From Acidobacteria bacterium RIFCSPLOWO2_02_FULL_67_21 (GTDB lineage: Bacteria > Acidobacteriota > Vicinamibacteria > Vicinamibacterales > UBA2999): a stretch of 64,000 nucleotides of DNA. Position 1 is the stretch's first letter, and each line of letters opens with the position of its first letter. The translations under genes were made by a program, and so were the position numbers. Positions 32,702-41,443 of the stretch are shown here, one piece after another. A model generated the notes under the pieces. That model was not told where the DNA came from, made no database searches, and saw only the letters and a program-made list of their open reading frames with translations. The stretch is from NCBI GenBank assembly GCA_001767195.1, contig MEKU01000019.1, positions 64,088 through 128,087 on the forward strand, in the 5' to 3' direction.

Positions 32702-34044
32702 GAATTCAAGCCGGCTGGACGCCGCGACCCCTGGAAGCGGTGCGCGAGCGCCGATCCCGCCGCGAGGAGCGCGTCGCGGTCGTCGTGCGTTGGCACGACC
32801 AGCGATCGCATGTCGACGCCAAACGTCCCGATTGTCTGCCGCAGCAGGAAGACGTGCGTCGAGCTGTACGACAGGAGCGAGGCCACCGCGGCGCCGTATG
32901 CGCCGTACCGGGGCAGCAGCGCCGCTAGCGCGGCGACCGTCACGACCAGACCGACGGCCTGCGACACGCTCACGACTTCGGGTCGCCCGCTTCCGTGAAA
33001 TCCCGTGGAGAGGATTTCATTCATCCCCAGGACGGTGACGGCTGGAACGAGCAGCAGCGCCAGGGGCACCGCACTCGAGAACGCCTCGCCGAAGAGCAGG
33101 GGAATGACGAACGGGCTGGCTCCCGCCACGATGACCGCCGCCGTGAGGGTGACCCACAGAAGGCGCCGGTACCAGCGCGCGATGTACGCGGGCGCCGTGC
33201 CAGCCTGGTGGGCCGCCACCAGGCCCGGCCACATAGCCATCGCGGTGGTGTTCGCGATAGCCTGGAGCAGCATGGCGTAACTGAAGGCGACCACGTACAG
33301 ACCGAGCGACGCGGCCGGCGTGAGGGTCGAGAGCAGCAGCTGATCGAGGCGCTCGTTCGCGACAGTCGCCCAATTTCCCCACTGCGTCCGGACCCCATAC
33401 CCCAGCATCCGCCGGGCCAGCGGCGCCGAGGGCGGCGCCGCGATCGCCCGTCTGCCGGGTCCCAACGCGGCTGCGACAAGCCAGCCGGAGGCAGTGCCGA
33501 CGAGCAACACCGCCGCGAAGTGCTCGAGCGAATCGACGCCCTCCAGGAACAGGATCGCCATGCCGGCTGCGTTGACGAGCTGAACGATGGGGCGACTCAG
33601 ATTGAACGCGCGCATGCGCCCGACGCCCTGAAGCCATGCGAGCGCGACACTTGCCCCCAGCGAGGGCACGGCGAAGAGCGCGAGATACCATCGCGCCAGG
33701 GGGATGAGCGCCTCGTTGTCGCCGGTGAAGGCGAACGGGACGAACCACCAGCCCACCAGCACGATCACTAGTCCGAAAGCGATCGCCAGTATCTGAGCCG
33801 TCGTCCAGACGCGGTCGCGCCGATCTCGCTCGGCCGCGGCGGCGTATGCGGCAGCGTCTGGAAGGCCGAAATCCCCCACGTACACGAACGTAATCGTCCA
33901 GACGGTGATGGCGGCCAGCTGCCCCCGACCGTCCGGGCCGAGGCTTCGAGCGGCGATGAGGCCGGTGACGATGCCGCACCCCATGATCACGGAGGATGCG
34001 ACCGCAGTGCCGACGATGGCCGGAGGCTGTGGTCTATCGCTCAT
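32698..34044 (-). CDS. wzx: Oligosaccharide-unit flippase (Wzx, MOP superfamily)
   Basis: 448 aa, about 12 TM, with a typical Wzx N-terminus (GIVTGLIAARSLGPDGRGQLAAI). Confidence 0.8.
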   Translation of the reverse strand: MSDRPQPPAIVGTAVASSVIMGCGIVTGLIAARSLGPDGRGQLAAITVWTITFVYVGDFGLPDAAAYAAAAERDRRDRVWTTAQILAIAFGLVIVLVGWWFVPFAFTGDNEALIPLARWYLALFAVPSLGASVALAWLQGVGRMRAFNLSRPIVQLVNAAGMAILFLEGVDSLEHFAAVLLVGTASGWLVAAALGPGRRAIAAPPSAPLARRMLGYGVRTQWGNWATVANERLDQLLLSTLTPAASLGLYVVAFSYAMLLQAIANTTAMAMWPGLVAAHQAGTAPAYIARWYRRLLWVTLTAAVIVAGASPFVIPLLFGEAFSSAVPLALLLVPAVTVLGMNEILSTGFHGSGRPEVVSVSQAVGLVVTVAALAALLPRYGAYGAAVASLLSYSSTHVFLLRQTIGTFGVDMRSLVVPTHDDRDALLAAGSALAHRFQGSRRPAGLNS

Positions 34045-35231
34045 GGCACGTGCGGCTCACCGATGGAGGGCGACACCGCCACGCTCGCATACTTCTCGAC
34101 GAGCTTCGGGACGATCGCGTCCCAGGTGTACGCGTCGCGCACGAGCGCCGGGCCGCGGGTCGCGGCGCGGCGGCGGAAATCGGGATCCGCCAGCGCCGCC
34201 CCGATCCCGGCGGCGACGCTCTCCACCGAGCATTCGACGACGACGGCGCCGCCCGCCTCAGCCATCTCGCGCCAGATATTGACGCGGTTGGAGATCACGA
34301 CCGGAAGCCCGTATGCGAGCGCTTCGGTAATCACCGCTCCGAAGTTCTCCGCATACGAGGGGAGCACGAAGAGCTCGGCGTCCACGTACGCCGCGAGCTT
34401 GAGCTCGTGGCTCAGCATTCCTGTAAAACACACGCGCCGCTCGACGCCCAGCCGTTCCGCGAGGCGCCGTATTTCCAGACCGTATCCACCCGCGTCCGGT
34501 CCCGCCACCACCAGCCAGAGCTCCGGTCGGGCACGCGCGATCCGTGCGAACGCCAGAATAAGCAGGTCGAGACCCTTCTTGGGATCGAGGCGCCCCAGAA
34601 ACAGGAGAAACGGGCCCTGCACCGCCGGAAACGCGGCGCGGAACGCACCGAGAGGCGGTCTCTTTCCAAAAGAGGCGCCGTCGAGCCCCACGGGCACGAT
34701 CCACGCGGGACAGCGCGGGCGATGCACCGCCAGATCCCGTTCCTGCTGCGATGTGAATACGAATGCGGCGGCGTGCCGGAGCAGCGGTCGTCCCACCGTC
34801 GCCAGGTACACGCGCTTGATGACATGGTTCTTCCGGAACTGGTGTGGGTCGAGGCTGCCATTCGGCTGGACGACGAAGGGCACGGCGGCGGCAATCGCCG
34901 CCCTGGCCGCGGCAATGCACGCGAAGTTGTACAGCCAGTGAATGTGCACGACATCGTACGTCGCGACACTCGTGCGCAGCGTGCGGAGCATCGTCGGTGC
35001 CACGCCGTAGCGGCCGCCGATCGTCAGGACGTGATGGAAGATGTATTCGGCCCCGTCGCGGATCACGCGCCGGTCGAGCGGGACGTCGAGGCGGCCACTG
35101 GGGTCGGCATCTGTCGTGAGCAGAGTCGTGTCCACCCCTGCTTCCGTCAGACCGCGCGCCAGGCCCGGCAGGGCGACACTCGGGCCCCCGAATTCAGGCG
35201 AAATGAACGGTACGACCTGGAGGACGCGCAC
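34041..35231 (-). CDS. Glycosyltransferase family 4 (GT-B)
   Basis: GTG 35231 gives MRVLQVVPFISPEFGGPSVALPGL. The EX7E region is LFVLPSYAENFGAVITEALAYGLPVVIS. The track extension to 35480 is R/S/P-rich and overlaps a relic. Confidence 0.85.
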   Translation of the reverse strand: MRVLQVVPFISPEFGGPSVALPGLARGLTEAGVDTTLLTTDADPSGRLDVPLDRRVIRDGAEYIFHHVLTIGGRYGVAPTMLRTLRTSVATYDVVHIHWLYNFACIAAARAAIAAAVPFVVQPNGSLDPHQFRKNHVIKRVYLATVGRPLLRHAAAFVFTSQQERDLAVHRPRCPAWIVPVGLDGASFGKRPPLGAFRAAFPAVQGPFLLFLGRLDPKKGLDLLILAFARIARARPELWLVVAGPDAGGYGLEIRRLAERLGVERRVCFTGMLSHELKLAAYVDAELFVLPSYAENFGAVITEALAYGLPVVISNRVNIWREMAEAGGAVVVECSVESVAAGIGAALADPDFRRRAATRGPALVRDAYTWDAIVPKLVEKYASVAVSPSIGEPHVP

Positions 35232-35247
35232 TGCGTGAGTGGAGGGG

Positions 35248-35541
35248 TCAGGAGCTGGAACCGCGATCCGGCCTTTCGCCAGACTCTCGGCTCCACGCGA
35301 CGGTGCCTGGCGCCGCAGCGCCGGGCGACTGTGGAACGCACGTGATGGAGAAAGGCCCCGCCTGCTCGCGTAACACGCGGCCCCAGCATGTGGTGAACAG
35401 TGGCCCCGCGAGGTCCCACGACCACGACTCGGCCGTGCGTCGCGCCGCCTGCCCCATCGCGAAGGTGCGTTCGCGGTCACGGGCAGCTTCGCGCAGCTCC
35501 TCGACCCGCGCGTCGATGCTGCGCGGGGGGATCAGCCACAT
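35248..35541 (-). pseudogene. Orphan C-terminal fragment of a GT-B glycosyltransferase
   Basis: LIPPRSIDARVEELREAARDRERTFAMGQAARRTAESWSWDLAGPLF is the stereotyped last ~55 residues of GT4 enzymes. There is no catalytic domain upstream, and it sits between two intact GT4 genes. Confidence 0.45.
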
Positions 35542-36893
35542 TGGCTTCGCTGATGACCAAGGACGTGGTCGATGATCGATCCGATCTTATGGTGATACGT
35601 CGCCCAAGTGAACTCAGAGGCGCGTACCCGCGCAGCCCGCGCCATCCGCTGTCGCATCTCGGGGTCATGGTACAGCCGCTGCAGTCGATCGCAGATTGCC
35701 GCGACGTTACGGGAGGGCACAAGGAACCCCTCGATGCCGTCGCGTACAACGCTGCCGGACTCCGCCGTGACGATGCACGGCAGACCCGAGGCGAGCGCCT
35801 CGTACACCACCACTGCCGACCCTTCCGACAGCGACGGGAATACGAACACGTCCGCGGTCGAAAACAGCGCCGCGAGCTGGGGCTGCACGAGATTACCGGC
35901 CTCGACGACGTTGCCCGAGTACAGCTGCCGTATCCGGGCGAGGTACTGCTCGCTGCTGGGCGGACCGGCAATCACGAGTTCCCCGTCCAGTCCGGCGCGT
36001 TGCCATGCGTCGAGGAGATAGTGGACGCCCTTTCTGACCTCCAGGCGTCCGGCGAACACCGCCCGAAATCGAGCGGCCCCTCTCGGTTGTGCGGCTGGCC
36101 GAAACGCGTCCGTGTCGGCGCCAAAGGGTACGACAAACGTGCCTCGTCCCGCAAAGCCAGCCAGGCGGATCGACTCGGCCACCGCCGGCGACGGCGCAAC
36201 AACCCAATCGCTCAAGCCGAGTTCTCGCGCCGCGTCCACCGATGGCGGCAGCGAATCCTTCAGGCCGAGCGCCCGACATTCCTCGCGGCCGATGTCATCG
36301 CCGCCAAGCAGGCAGGGTACATCAAGGATCGTCGGAATCCCCAGCTGGCGAGCGCGGCTGAACGTGTGCACAACCGACCCGAAAAACCCATAGACGGCTG
36401 CGGGTCGGGGAGACATGCGGGCCAGCACACGGCTGGCATAGAGGTCGGTGGCCCAGTTGGCGAAGACAAATCCGGAGCGGTGCCTCGACAGCCTATCGAT
36501 CCATCGGATTCGACCAATGGTGCGCGACAGTATCTCCGCGTACGGCCATGATCGAACGCGCTCGGCCGCGATGGCGGGATTTGCGCGCTTGGCGAGCTGC
36601 CGGATCGCCCCGTCGTGCAGTGGACGCGGCAGGAGCGGGACCAGCGCGTACGGAAAGGCCGCCGGGTTGTAGTAGATGCCCGTGATGAACTGGCGCAGCC
36701 GACCCGCCCGTTGTGCCGCCAGCACGACCTCATACGCGTGCTGCCGTGCGGGGTGAACGATCACCACGCCGCCATCCGGCACGTTCACCTGTATCTCCGT
36801 CGTGTGGCGAATGGCCGACACGTACCCTGTGGCTCCAGGTATCAACGCGATCAGAGCGGGCCGGTCGCCACACGCTGGAGCTAACAGGATCAC
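35532..36893 (-). CDS. Glycosyltransferase family 4 (GT-B)
   Basis: VFVFPSLSEGSAVVVYEALASGLPCIVT. The start is GTG 36893, adjacent to the upstream stop, or GTG 36788 with a GGAG SD. Confidence 0.85.
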   Translation of the reverse strand: MILLAPACGDRPALIALIPGATGYVSAIRHTTEIQVNVPDGGVVIVHPARQHAYEVVLAAQRAGRLRQFITGIYYNPAAFPYALVPLLPRPLHDGAIRQLAKRANPAIAAERVRSWPYAEILSRTIGRIRWIDRLSRHRSGFVFANWATDLYASRVLARMSPRPAAVYGFFGSVVHTFSRARQLGIPTILDVPCLLGGDDIGREECRALGLKDSLPPSVDAARELGLSDWVVAPSPAVAESIRLAGFAGRGTFVVPFGADTDAFRPAAQPRGAARFRAVFAGRLEVRKGVHYLLDAWQRAGLDGELVIAGPPSSEQYLARIRQLYSGNVVEAGNLVQPQLAALFSTADVFVFPSLSEGSAVVVYEALASGLPCIVTAESGSVVRDGIEGFLVPSRNVAAICDRLQRLYHDPEMRQRMARAARVRASEFTWATYHHKIGSIIDHVLGHQRSQCG

Positions 36894-38507
36894 CTACGAT
36901 CCCGATCCGGACAGCACAGCGTAGACTGTTCGCGCGAGGATTCGCAGGTCGAGCCACAGGCTCCACCGGTCGATGTACTCGAGGTCCAGCCGCACCCATT
37001 CGTCGAAATCGCTAATGCGGTTGCGACCGCTTACCTGCCAGAGGCACGTCAGCCCGGGCTTGAACGTCAACTTCCGCTTGTGCCACAGCTCGTATCGCTG
37101 GAGTTCATGTGGGAGCGCCGGCCGCGGGCCCACGAGGCTCATGTCGCCCTTCAGCACGCTCCAGAGCTGGGGGAGCTCGTTGAGGCTGTACTTGCGCAGG
37201 AACCGCCCAACCGGCGTGATCCGCGGATCGTTCTTGACCTTGAACACCGGCCCGGTCATTTCATTGAGGGCGAGCAGCTGCTCCTTCTGCGCGTCGGCGT
37301 CGGCCACCATGGTGGTGAACTTGTAGCCCGTGAACGGACGTCCATTGAGGCCGATGACCTTCCACGGGTAGAGCACCGGGAGGCGCGGAGTGGCGATCTT
37401 GATGAGAGCGGCGATGAGCAGAAAGAGCGGAGCGAGCAGTACGAGCAGCGCCGCCGAGACGACGACATCGATCAGCCGCTTGACGAAGATGGAGTCGGCG
37501 TCGAGATAGGGAGGCGACAGCACGACCTCGGGCAGGCGGAGCGGATCGCCGCGGTAGGCAAGCTGCAGGTCGCGCAGGTTGCCCACCAGCAGCGCCTCCG
37601 GGACGATCCGCAGGCGCACCCGGAAGTAATCGCAGGCGTCGATGACCGGCCGCAGCCAGTCGCGGCCGCCCGACGACTGAATCACAATCACTTCATGGAT
37701 CGGGTGGTGCACCAGCAGGTCGCCGATGTCGGCGTATTCACCCATCTGCAGCAGCGGAATCTCGCGAAGGGCGTCGTCCCGCCGCCGCTCCGGGACGTGG
37801 CCGCTCTCGGGCGCGACGCGAAGCCATCCTGCCAATCGGAACTCGTTGTCCGGCACGTTCTTCCGGAAGTGCCGGACCATCCATTCGATCGCGCGGGGCT
37901 GGCCGATGAGCAGCACGCTCTTGGCGTAGACGCCGGCGGCCAGGCGGCGGCGTTGATAGCCCCACACCGCGCTGCGATAGCCAATGAGTCCCAGCGCAGA
38001 CAGAATGCCGTAGGTGAAGATGACGACGCGGCTCGAGCTCGTCAGCTTGAGCGCGAAGCCGATCAGCGCGCCGAAGCTGATGGCGACCGTCTGCGCGAGC
38101 ACGGCCTGACCGGCCAGCCGGAATGCCGACTGGCGCACCAGCCGGCCGTAGCCGCCCGCCAGTTCCATGACGACCAGCGTGGCGGGGGCCGTCCCGATCA
38201 GCAGCCACGCGACCTCGCTGAGCACGGGGAAGCCGTCGGTCGGAGCCGGAGGAACGGGAAAGACCTCTGGCAGGAAGCCCCCCAGCAGGCCGCCCGGCAG
38301 CAGCAGTTCCTGCACGACGGGCGCGAAGTAGTGGGCGATGAGAAAGGTCAGTGCAAGAACCGCGACGTCCGCCGTCCCCAGAAACGTGCGCGGAATGCGG
38401 TCGTCGTCGCCGGCCGCAAGCGTCACGCGGTCTGCGTCGGGCGGCGCATCCCTCCGTTGGCCGCCGATGTGGGCGGGAGTCTGCAGCGAGCCTGCAAGGT
38501 TGGTCAT
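36894..38507 (-). CDS. Polyprenyl-phosphate sugar-1-phosphate transferase (WbaP/CpsE-type initiating enzyme)
   Basis: N-terminal TM bundle, then the bacterial sugar transferase domain KRLIDVVVSAALLVLLAPLFLLIA..MVADAD..PGLTCLWQVSGRN. Confidence 0.9.
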   Translation of the reverse strand: MTNLAGSLQTPAHIGGQRRDAPPDADRVTLAAGDDDRIPRTFLGTADVAVLALTFLIAHYFAPVVQELLLPGGLLGGFLPEVFPVPPAPTDGFPVLSEVAWLLIGTAPATLVVMELAGGYGRLVRQSAFRLAGQAVLAQTVAISFGALIGFALKLTSSSRVVIFTYGILSALGLIGYRSAVWGYQRRRLAAGVYAKSVLLIGQPRAIEWMVRHFRKNVPDNEFRLAGWLRVAPESGHVPERRRDDALREIPLLQMGEYADIGDLLVHHPIHEVIVIQSSGGRDWLRPVIDACDYFRVRLRIVPEALLVGNLRDLQLAYRGDPLRLPEVVLSPPYLDADSIFVKRLIDVVVSAALLVLLAPLFLLIAALIKIATPRLPVLYPWKVIGLNGRPFTGYKFTTMVADADAQKEQLLALNEMTGPVFKVKNDPRITPVGRFLRKYSLNELPQLWSVLKGDMSLVGPRPALPHELQRYELWHKRKLTFKPGLTCLWQVSGRNRISDFDEWVRLDLEYIDRWSLWLDLRILARTVYAVLSGSGS

Positions 38508-38511
38508 GGCA

Positions 38512-38558
38512 CGACGTAGTGCCCGGATTTAGCCGGGCTGAAGCCCGGCACTACGTAC
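38512..38558. repeat. Intercistronic compound palindrome (REP-like) between wza and the initiating transferase
   Basis: ACGTAGTGCCCGG-attta-GCCGGGC-tgaa-GCCCGGCACTACGT. The inner perfect 7-bp stem competes with an outer 9-12-bp stem. Confidence 0.5.
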
Positions 38559-38566
38559 GGGATCGG

Positions 38567-39451
38567 CTAGAAGAACCGCTCCGGCACGATGATCGTATCG
38601 CGTGGGAGCACGAAGTCGGTCAGCTCGACCCGCATCTCCGCCTTCTTGCCGTCGACGATGCGGACGATCTGAATGCGGCCGGTCGAGGCGCGCTCGGTGA
38701 CGCCCCCGGCGAGCGAAAGCGCCTGAAGGACGGTCGTCTGCTTGTCGCGGAGCGGATACGCGCCAGGGTTCCTGACCTGGCCGAACACGTAGACGCTCTC
38801 GGCCCGGAGCACGAAGATGGTATCGCCGCTGCGCAGATCGACGTTCTGGCTCAGGTCGCCGTTCTCGAGCAGGCGGAGGTCCACTCGCACCACGTTGCCG
38901 GAGTCGCTCGCCGTGGGGTCCGGTGCCAGCGGATCGACGAGGATCCCTTGTTCCGACGGATGCACGACGACCGCCTCGCCGCTGGCCGTCGGAAGAGTGG
39001 AGCCAGCCAGAGCGAGCGCCTCGACGAGCCGCATGTCGCCCGACAGCGGGTACGCGCCGGGAGTGCGGACCTCGCCGACGATGTAAATGCGCTGGCTTCG
39101 ATACTGCTCGACCGAGACCGTCAGCTGCGGGCTTCGGAAGAAGCCCTGATCGACCAGCACTTTCTCGAGCATTTCTTCGACCTGCCGAAGCGTCATGCCA
39201 CCGACCGTGACCCGGCCGATGAGCGGGTAGGTAAACGATCCGTCAGCGTCGATCGTGAACTTGCCGGTCAGATCCGGCTGATCGTAGGACGTGATGATGA
39301 GCACGTCCTGCGGGCCCACCACGTAGTTGGCACTTTGCGCCGCCGGCGGCTGCACAGGGGGCGGCATCTGAGGCGGCATCTGAGCGAACAGCACGGCGGC
39401 GCCGGCGAGCAGGATGCAGGCGGTGGTGAGCGTCGAGGCTTTACCGCTCAT
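38567..39451 (-). CDS. wza: Polysaccharide export protein (Wza family: Poly_export + SLBB domains)
   Basis: Signal peptide, then YVVGPQDVLIITSY..DGSFTYPLIGRVTVGGMTLRQVEEML, plus two SLBB-like repeats (IYIVGEVRTPGAYPL and VYVFGQVRNPGAYPL). Confidence 0.9.
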   Translation of the reverse strand: MSGKASTLTTACILLAGAAVLFAQMPPQMPPPVQPPAAQSANYVVGPQDVLIITSYDQPDLTGKFTIDADGSFTYPLIGRVTVGGMTLRQVEEMLEKVLVDQGFFRSPQLTVSVEQYRSQRIYIVGEVRTPGAYPLSGDMRLVEALALAGSTLPTASGEAVVVHPSEQGILVDPLAPDPTASDSGNVVRVDLRLLENGDLSQNVDLRSGDTIFVLRAESVYVFGQVRNPGAYPLRDKQTTVLQALSLAGGVTERASTGRIQIVRIVDGKKAEMRVELTDFVLPRDTIIVPERFF

Positions 39452-40703
39452 AGGTCACCGACATGCCATAGCGCAGACCGCTGTACTGCGCCCGATCGAC
39501 TTCCGAGTACCGCGTGGGACGGTCGACGGTGAACCCGATGCGCTTGTCGGCGCCGAGTCGGTACCCGATGCCCAGGCCGAACGTGCGCACACGGTCCGTC
39601 CGGTCGGGGGCCTGCACGACTGCGCCGATCCGGTTGCGATAGGCGAGCCGCGTGGAGCCGACCCGCGCGAGGGCGTCGAACGAGCGGTAGAGCTGGCGCT
39701 GCACCGTGCCGGAAATGCCGGTCTCGAGGTAGTACGGCTGGTCGATCTCAAACGACGGCTGGATATCGCGGGTGACGTTGAGGGCGAGGCGCGTGGTGCC
39801 GAATAGCGCGTAGGACAGCCCTACCGTCGCCACCGTTCCGCGAAACGCGGGGATCTCTCCCCGCAGAGGCGTAAAGCGGCGGTAGCCGACGGCGGCGCTG
39901 CCGTTGATGAGCGCCAGCGGCTGAAACGCAATCCGCCCCATGACCCGGGTCGAGTCCGAATCGCGCACTGAAGTCGTGTCGAACCGTTCGTGATCGCGGG
40001 AGGTCTCCAGCGAGAGCGACGTCAGCGGCGTCAGCTCGTGGCGGAGTGTGAACGTGTTCGCCGAGAGCTTCCGGTTCAGTGCCTGCGCCAGGTTGATCTC
40101 GAGAAAGACGGCAGCCTGATCGAACTCGACGCCCCGCCGCTGCGCACGCACGCCGACGAAGGTCTTGGGCATCGCGCGGACCTCGACCGACCCCTCGAGC
40201 CCCCGCTCGGCGCGCTGCGAGCGGGCGTCGATCTCGAACCCGGGCCGCTCGCGTGTGCTCAGGTGCGTCGCGGCACCGCGAAGCCGAAAGCGGTTGAGCG
40301 TGCGCGTCACCCCGATCGTGTAGGTGCTGTTCGCGCCGCGCTCCGAGGCGAAGCGCTTATAGAAGACCCAGGCGACGTCGATCGTGCCGTCGATCCAGGT
40401 CCGGCCCATGCGGAGCCAGACGTTCGTCAGCGGAGAGAGGGTCATCGTGAAATCGCTCTGGGGCCGGTCGGCGGTCGCCGCGTTGAATACGTTCGTGTCG
40501 ATGCCGATGTTGCTGAGCGCCAGCGTTGACTTCGCCGACAGCGGGCCGAAACGCATGGTCGCTTCGGCATCGGGATCGGGATCGGAGCGCGCCTGCGCGC
40601 CGAGCGGCGAGGCGCACCACACAGCCGCGGCCAGCGCCAGGAGCCATGTACGGCATCGACGAGATCGGCCGAGGGAGGCCGTTGGCTCGATCTCGCCGAC
40701 CAC
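39441..40703 (-). CDS. Outer-membrane beta-barrel protein associated with the EPS export module
   Basis: Signal peptide (WLLALAAAVWCASPLGAQA) followed by alternating-hydrophobicity strands throughout. It overlaps the wza start by 11 nt. Confidence 0.65.
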   Translation of the reverse strand: MVGEIEPTASLGRSRRCRTWLLALAAAVWCASPLGAQARSDPDPDAEATMRFGPLSAKSTLALSNIGIDTNVFNAATADRPQSDFTMTLSPLTNVWLRMGRTWIDGTIDVAWVFYKRFASERGANSTYTIGVTRTLNRFRLRGAATHLSTRERPGFEIDARSQRAERGLEGSVEVRAMPKTFVGVRAQRRGVEFDQAAVFLEINLAQALNRKLSANTFTLRHELTPLTSLSLETSRDHERFDTTSVRDSDSTRVMGRIAFQPLALINGSAAVGYRRFTPLRGEIPAFRGTVATVGLSYALFGTTRLALNVTRDIQPSFEIDQPYYLETGISGTVQRQLYRSFDALARVGSTRLAYRNRIGAVVQAPDRTDRVRTFGLGIGYRLGADKRIGFTVDRPTRYSEVDRAQYSGLRYGMSVTYER

Positions 40704-40732
40704 GCAGCAATGCGTGCAGGCGATCGGATTCC

Positions 40733-41302
40733 TTACCGCGACGGGCTCGCGACCGGCACTTCAGGGGGCGCCACCACCCCCGTGACGCCGGCTGCGGCCG
40801 CCATGAAGCTCATGCTGCGTGCGGCGGTTGCGCCGACCGTTGCCGCCAGGCCGGTCGCGGCGCTGACGGCCGTCAACGCGCCGGTCGTGGCGGTGACGGT
40901 GGCCGCCGTGACGGCAACGCCGGCCGGCGCGGCGATGAATCCGCTCGTTCCAACGACCTGCCCCAGCGCGTCGACGACTTCGACCACGTAGTAGCCGGGG
41001 CTCAGACCGACAATTGCGTACTGGCCGGTGGCGGTTGCGGCAGCCGTTCCGGCAACCTGCGCGGTCAGGAGATTGCGCGCCTGCGCGGTGATGTTCACCA
41101 ACGGCTGCCCCGAGGGGCTGACGATGTTTCCGCTGATCGCGGCCTGCGTTGGGTTCAGCACCGAGCCGCCACTGACAGTCTGAGACTGACCGGCCACGGC
41201 GCGTTGAGCCAGCCTCGGAGGCGCCATTTGGGCCAGGATGGGCGCGGACAGCTGAAGCCAGATCGCGGTTGCGGCTACGATGACAATGGCGAAGTGACCC
41301 AT
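40733..41302 (-). CDS. Secreted protein: carboxypeptidase-regulatory-like domain + Ala/Thr/Val/Gly-rich tail
   Basis: ATG 41302 has a GAGGTG SD. Signal peptide MGHFAIVIVAATAIWLQLSAPILAQ, then GNIVSPSGQPLVNITAQARN..TATGQYAIVGLSPGYYVVEV (CarboxypepD_reg pattern). Confidence 0.6.
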   Translation of the reverse strand: MGHFAIVIVAATAIWLQLSAPILAQMAPPRLAQRAVAGQSQTVSGGSVLNPTQAAISGNIVSPSGQPLVNITAQARNLLTAQVAGTAAATATGQYAIVGLSPGYYVVEVVDALGQVVGTSGFIAAPAGVAVTAATVTATTGALTAVSAATGLAATVGATAARSMSFMAAAAGVTGVVAPPEVPVASPSR

Positions 41303-41388
41303 GAAGCACCTCGATGAATTACTTTCGGTTGAACTGTTCGCGCACATCAGCCCGGGCGCCCCCCCCAGGCGCTTTGTGTTCCCAGGTA

Positions 41389-41417
41389 AATACTAGTCCA
41401 CAAAGGGCTTGATCGCA
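41389..41417 (-). promoter_or_regulatory. Candidate sigma70-type promoter for 40733..41302
   Basis: Minus strand TTGCGA, 17-nt spacer, TAGTAT. It is flanked by the inverted repeat CTTTGTG..CACAAAG (41371-41404). Confidence 0.25.
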
Positions 41418-41443
41418 ACGCAGCCTGCTTCGAGCTTCTGTCC

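Noticed and set aside
35232-35480. N-terminal 83-residue extension of GT 34041..35480 in the ORF track (same logic for 63696..63902, 54406..54561, 57709..57858, 46623..46934, 27164..27313)
   Set aside because: The extensions are low-complexity R/S/P/G. They precede well-placed internal starts that give canonical N-termini, often with an SD or a 4-nt coupling overlap.
40733-40790. PEP-CTERM sorting signal at the C-terminus of the secreted Ala/Thr-rich protein (..VVAPPEVPVASPSR)
   Set aside because: A PEVP is present, but no hydrophobic helix or basic cluster follows it. No exosortase is present in the window.
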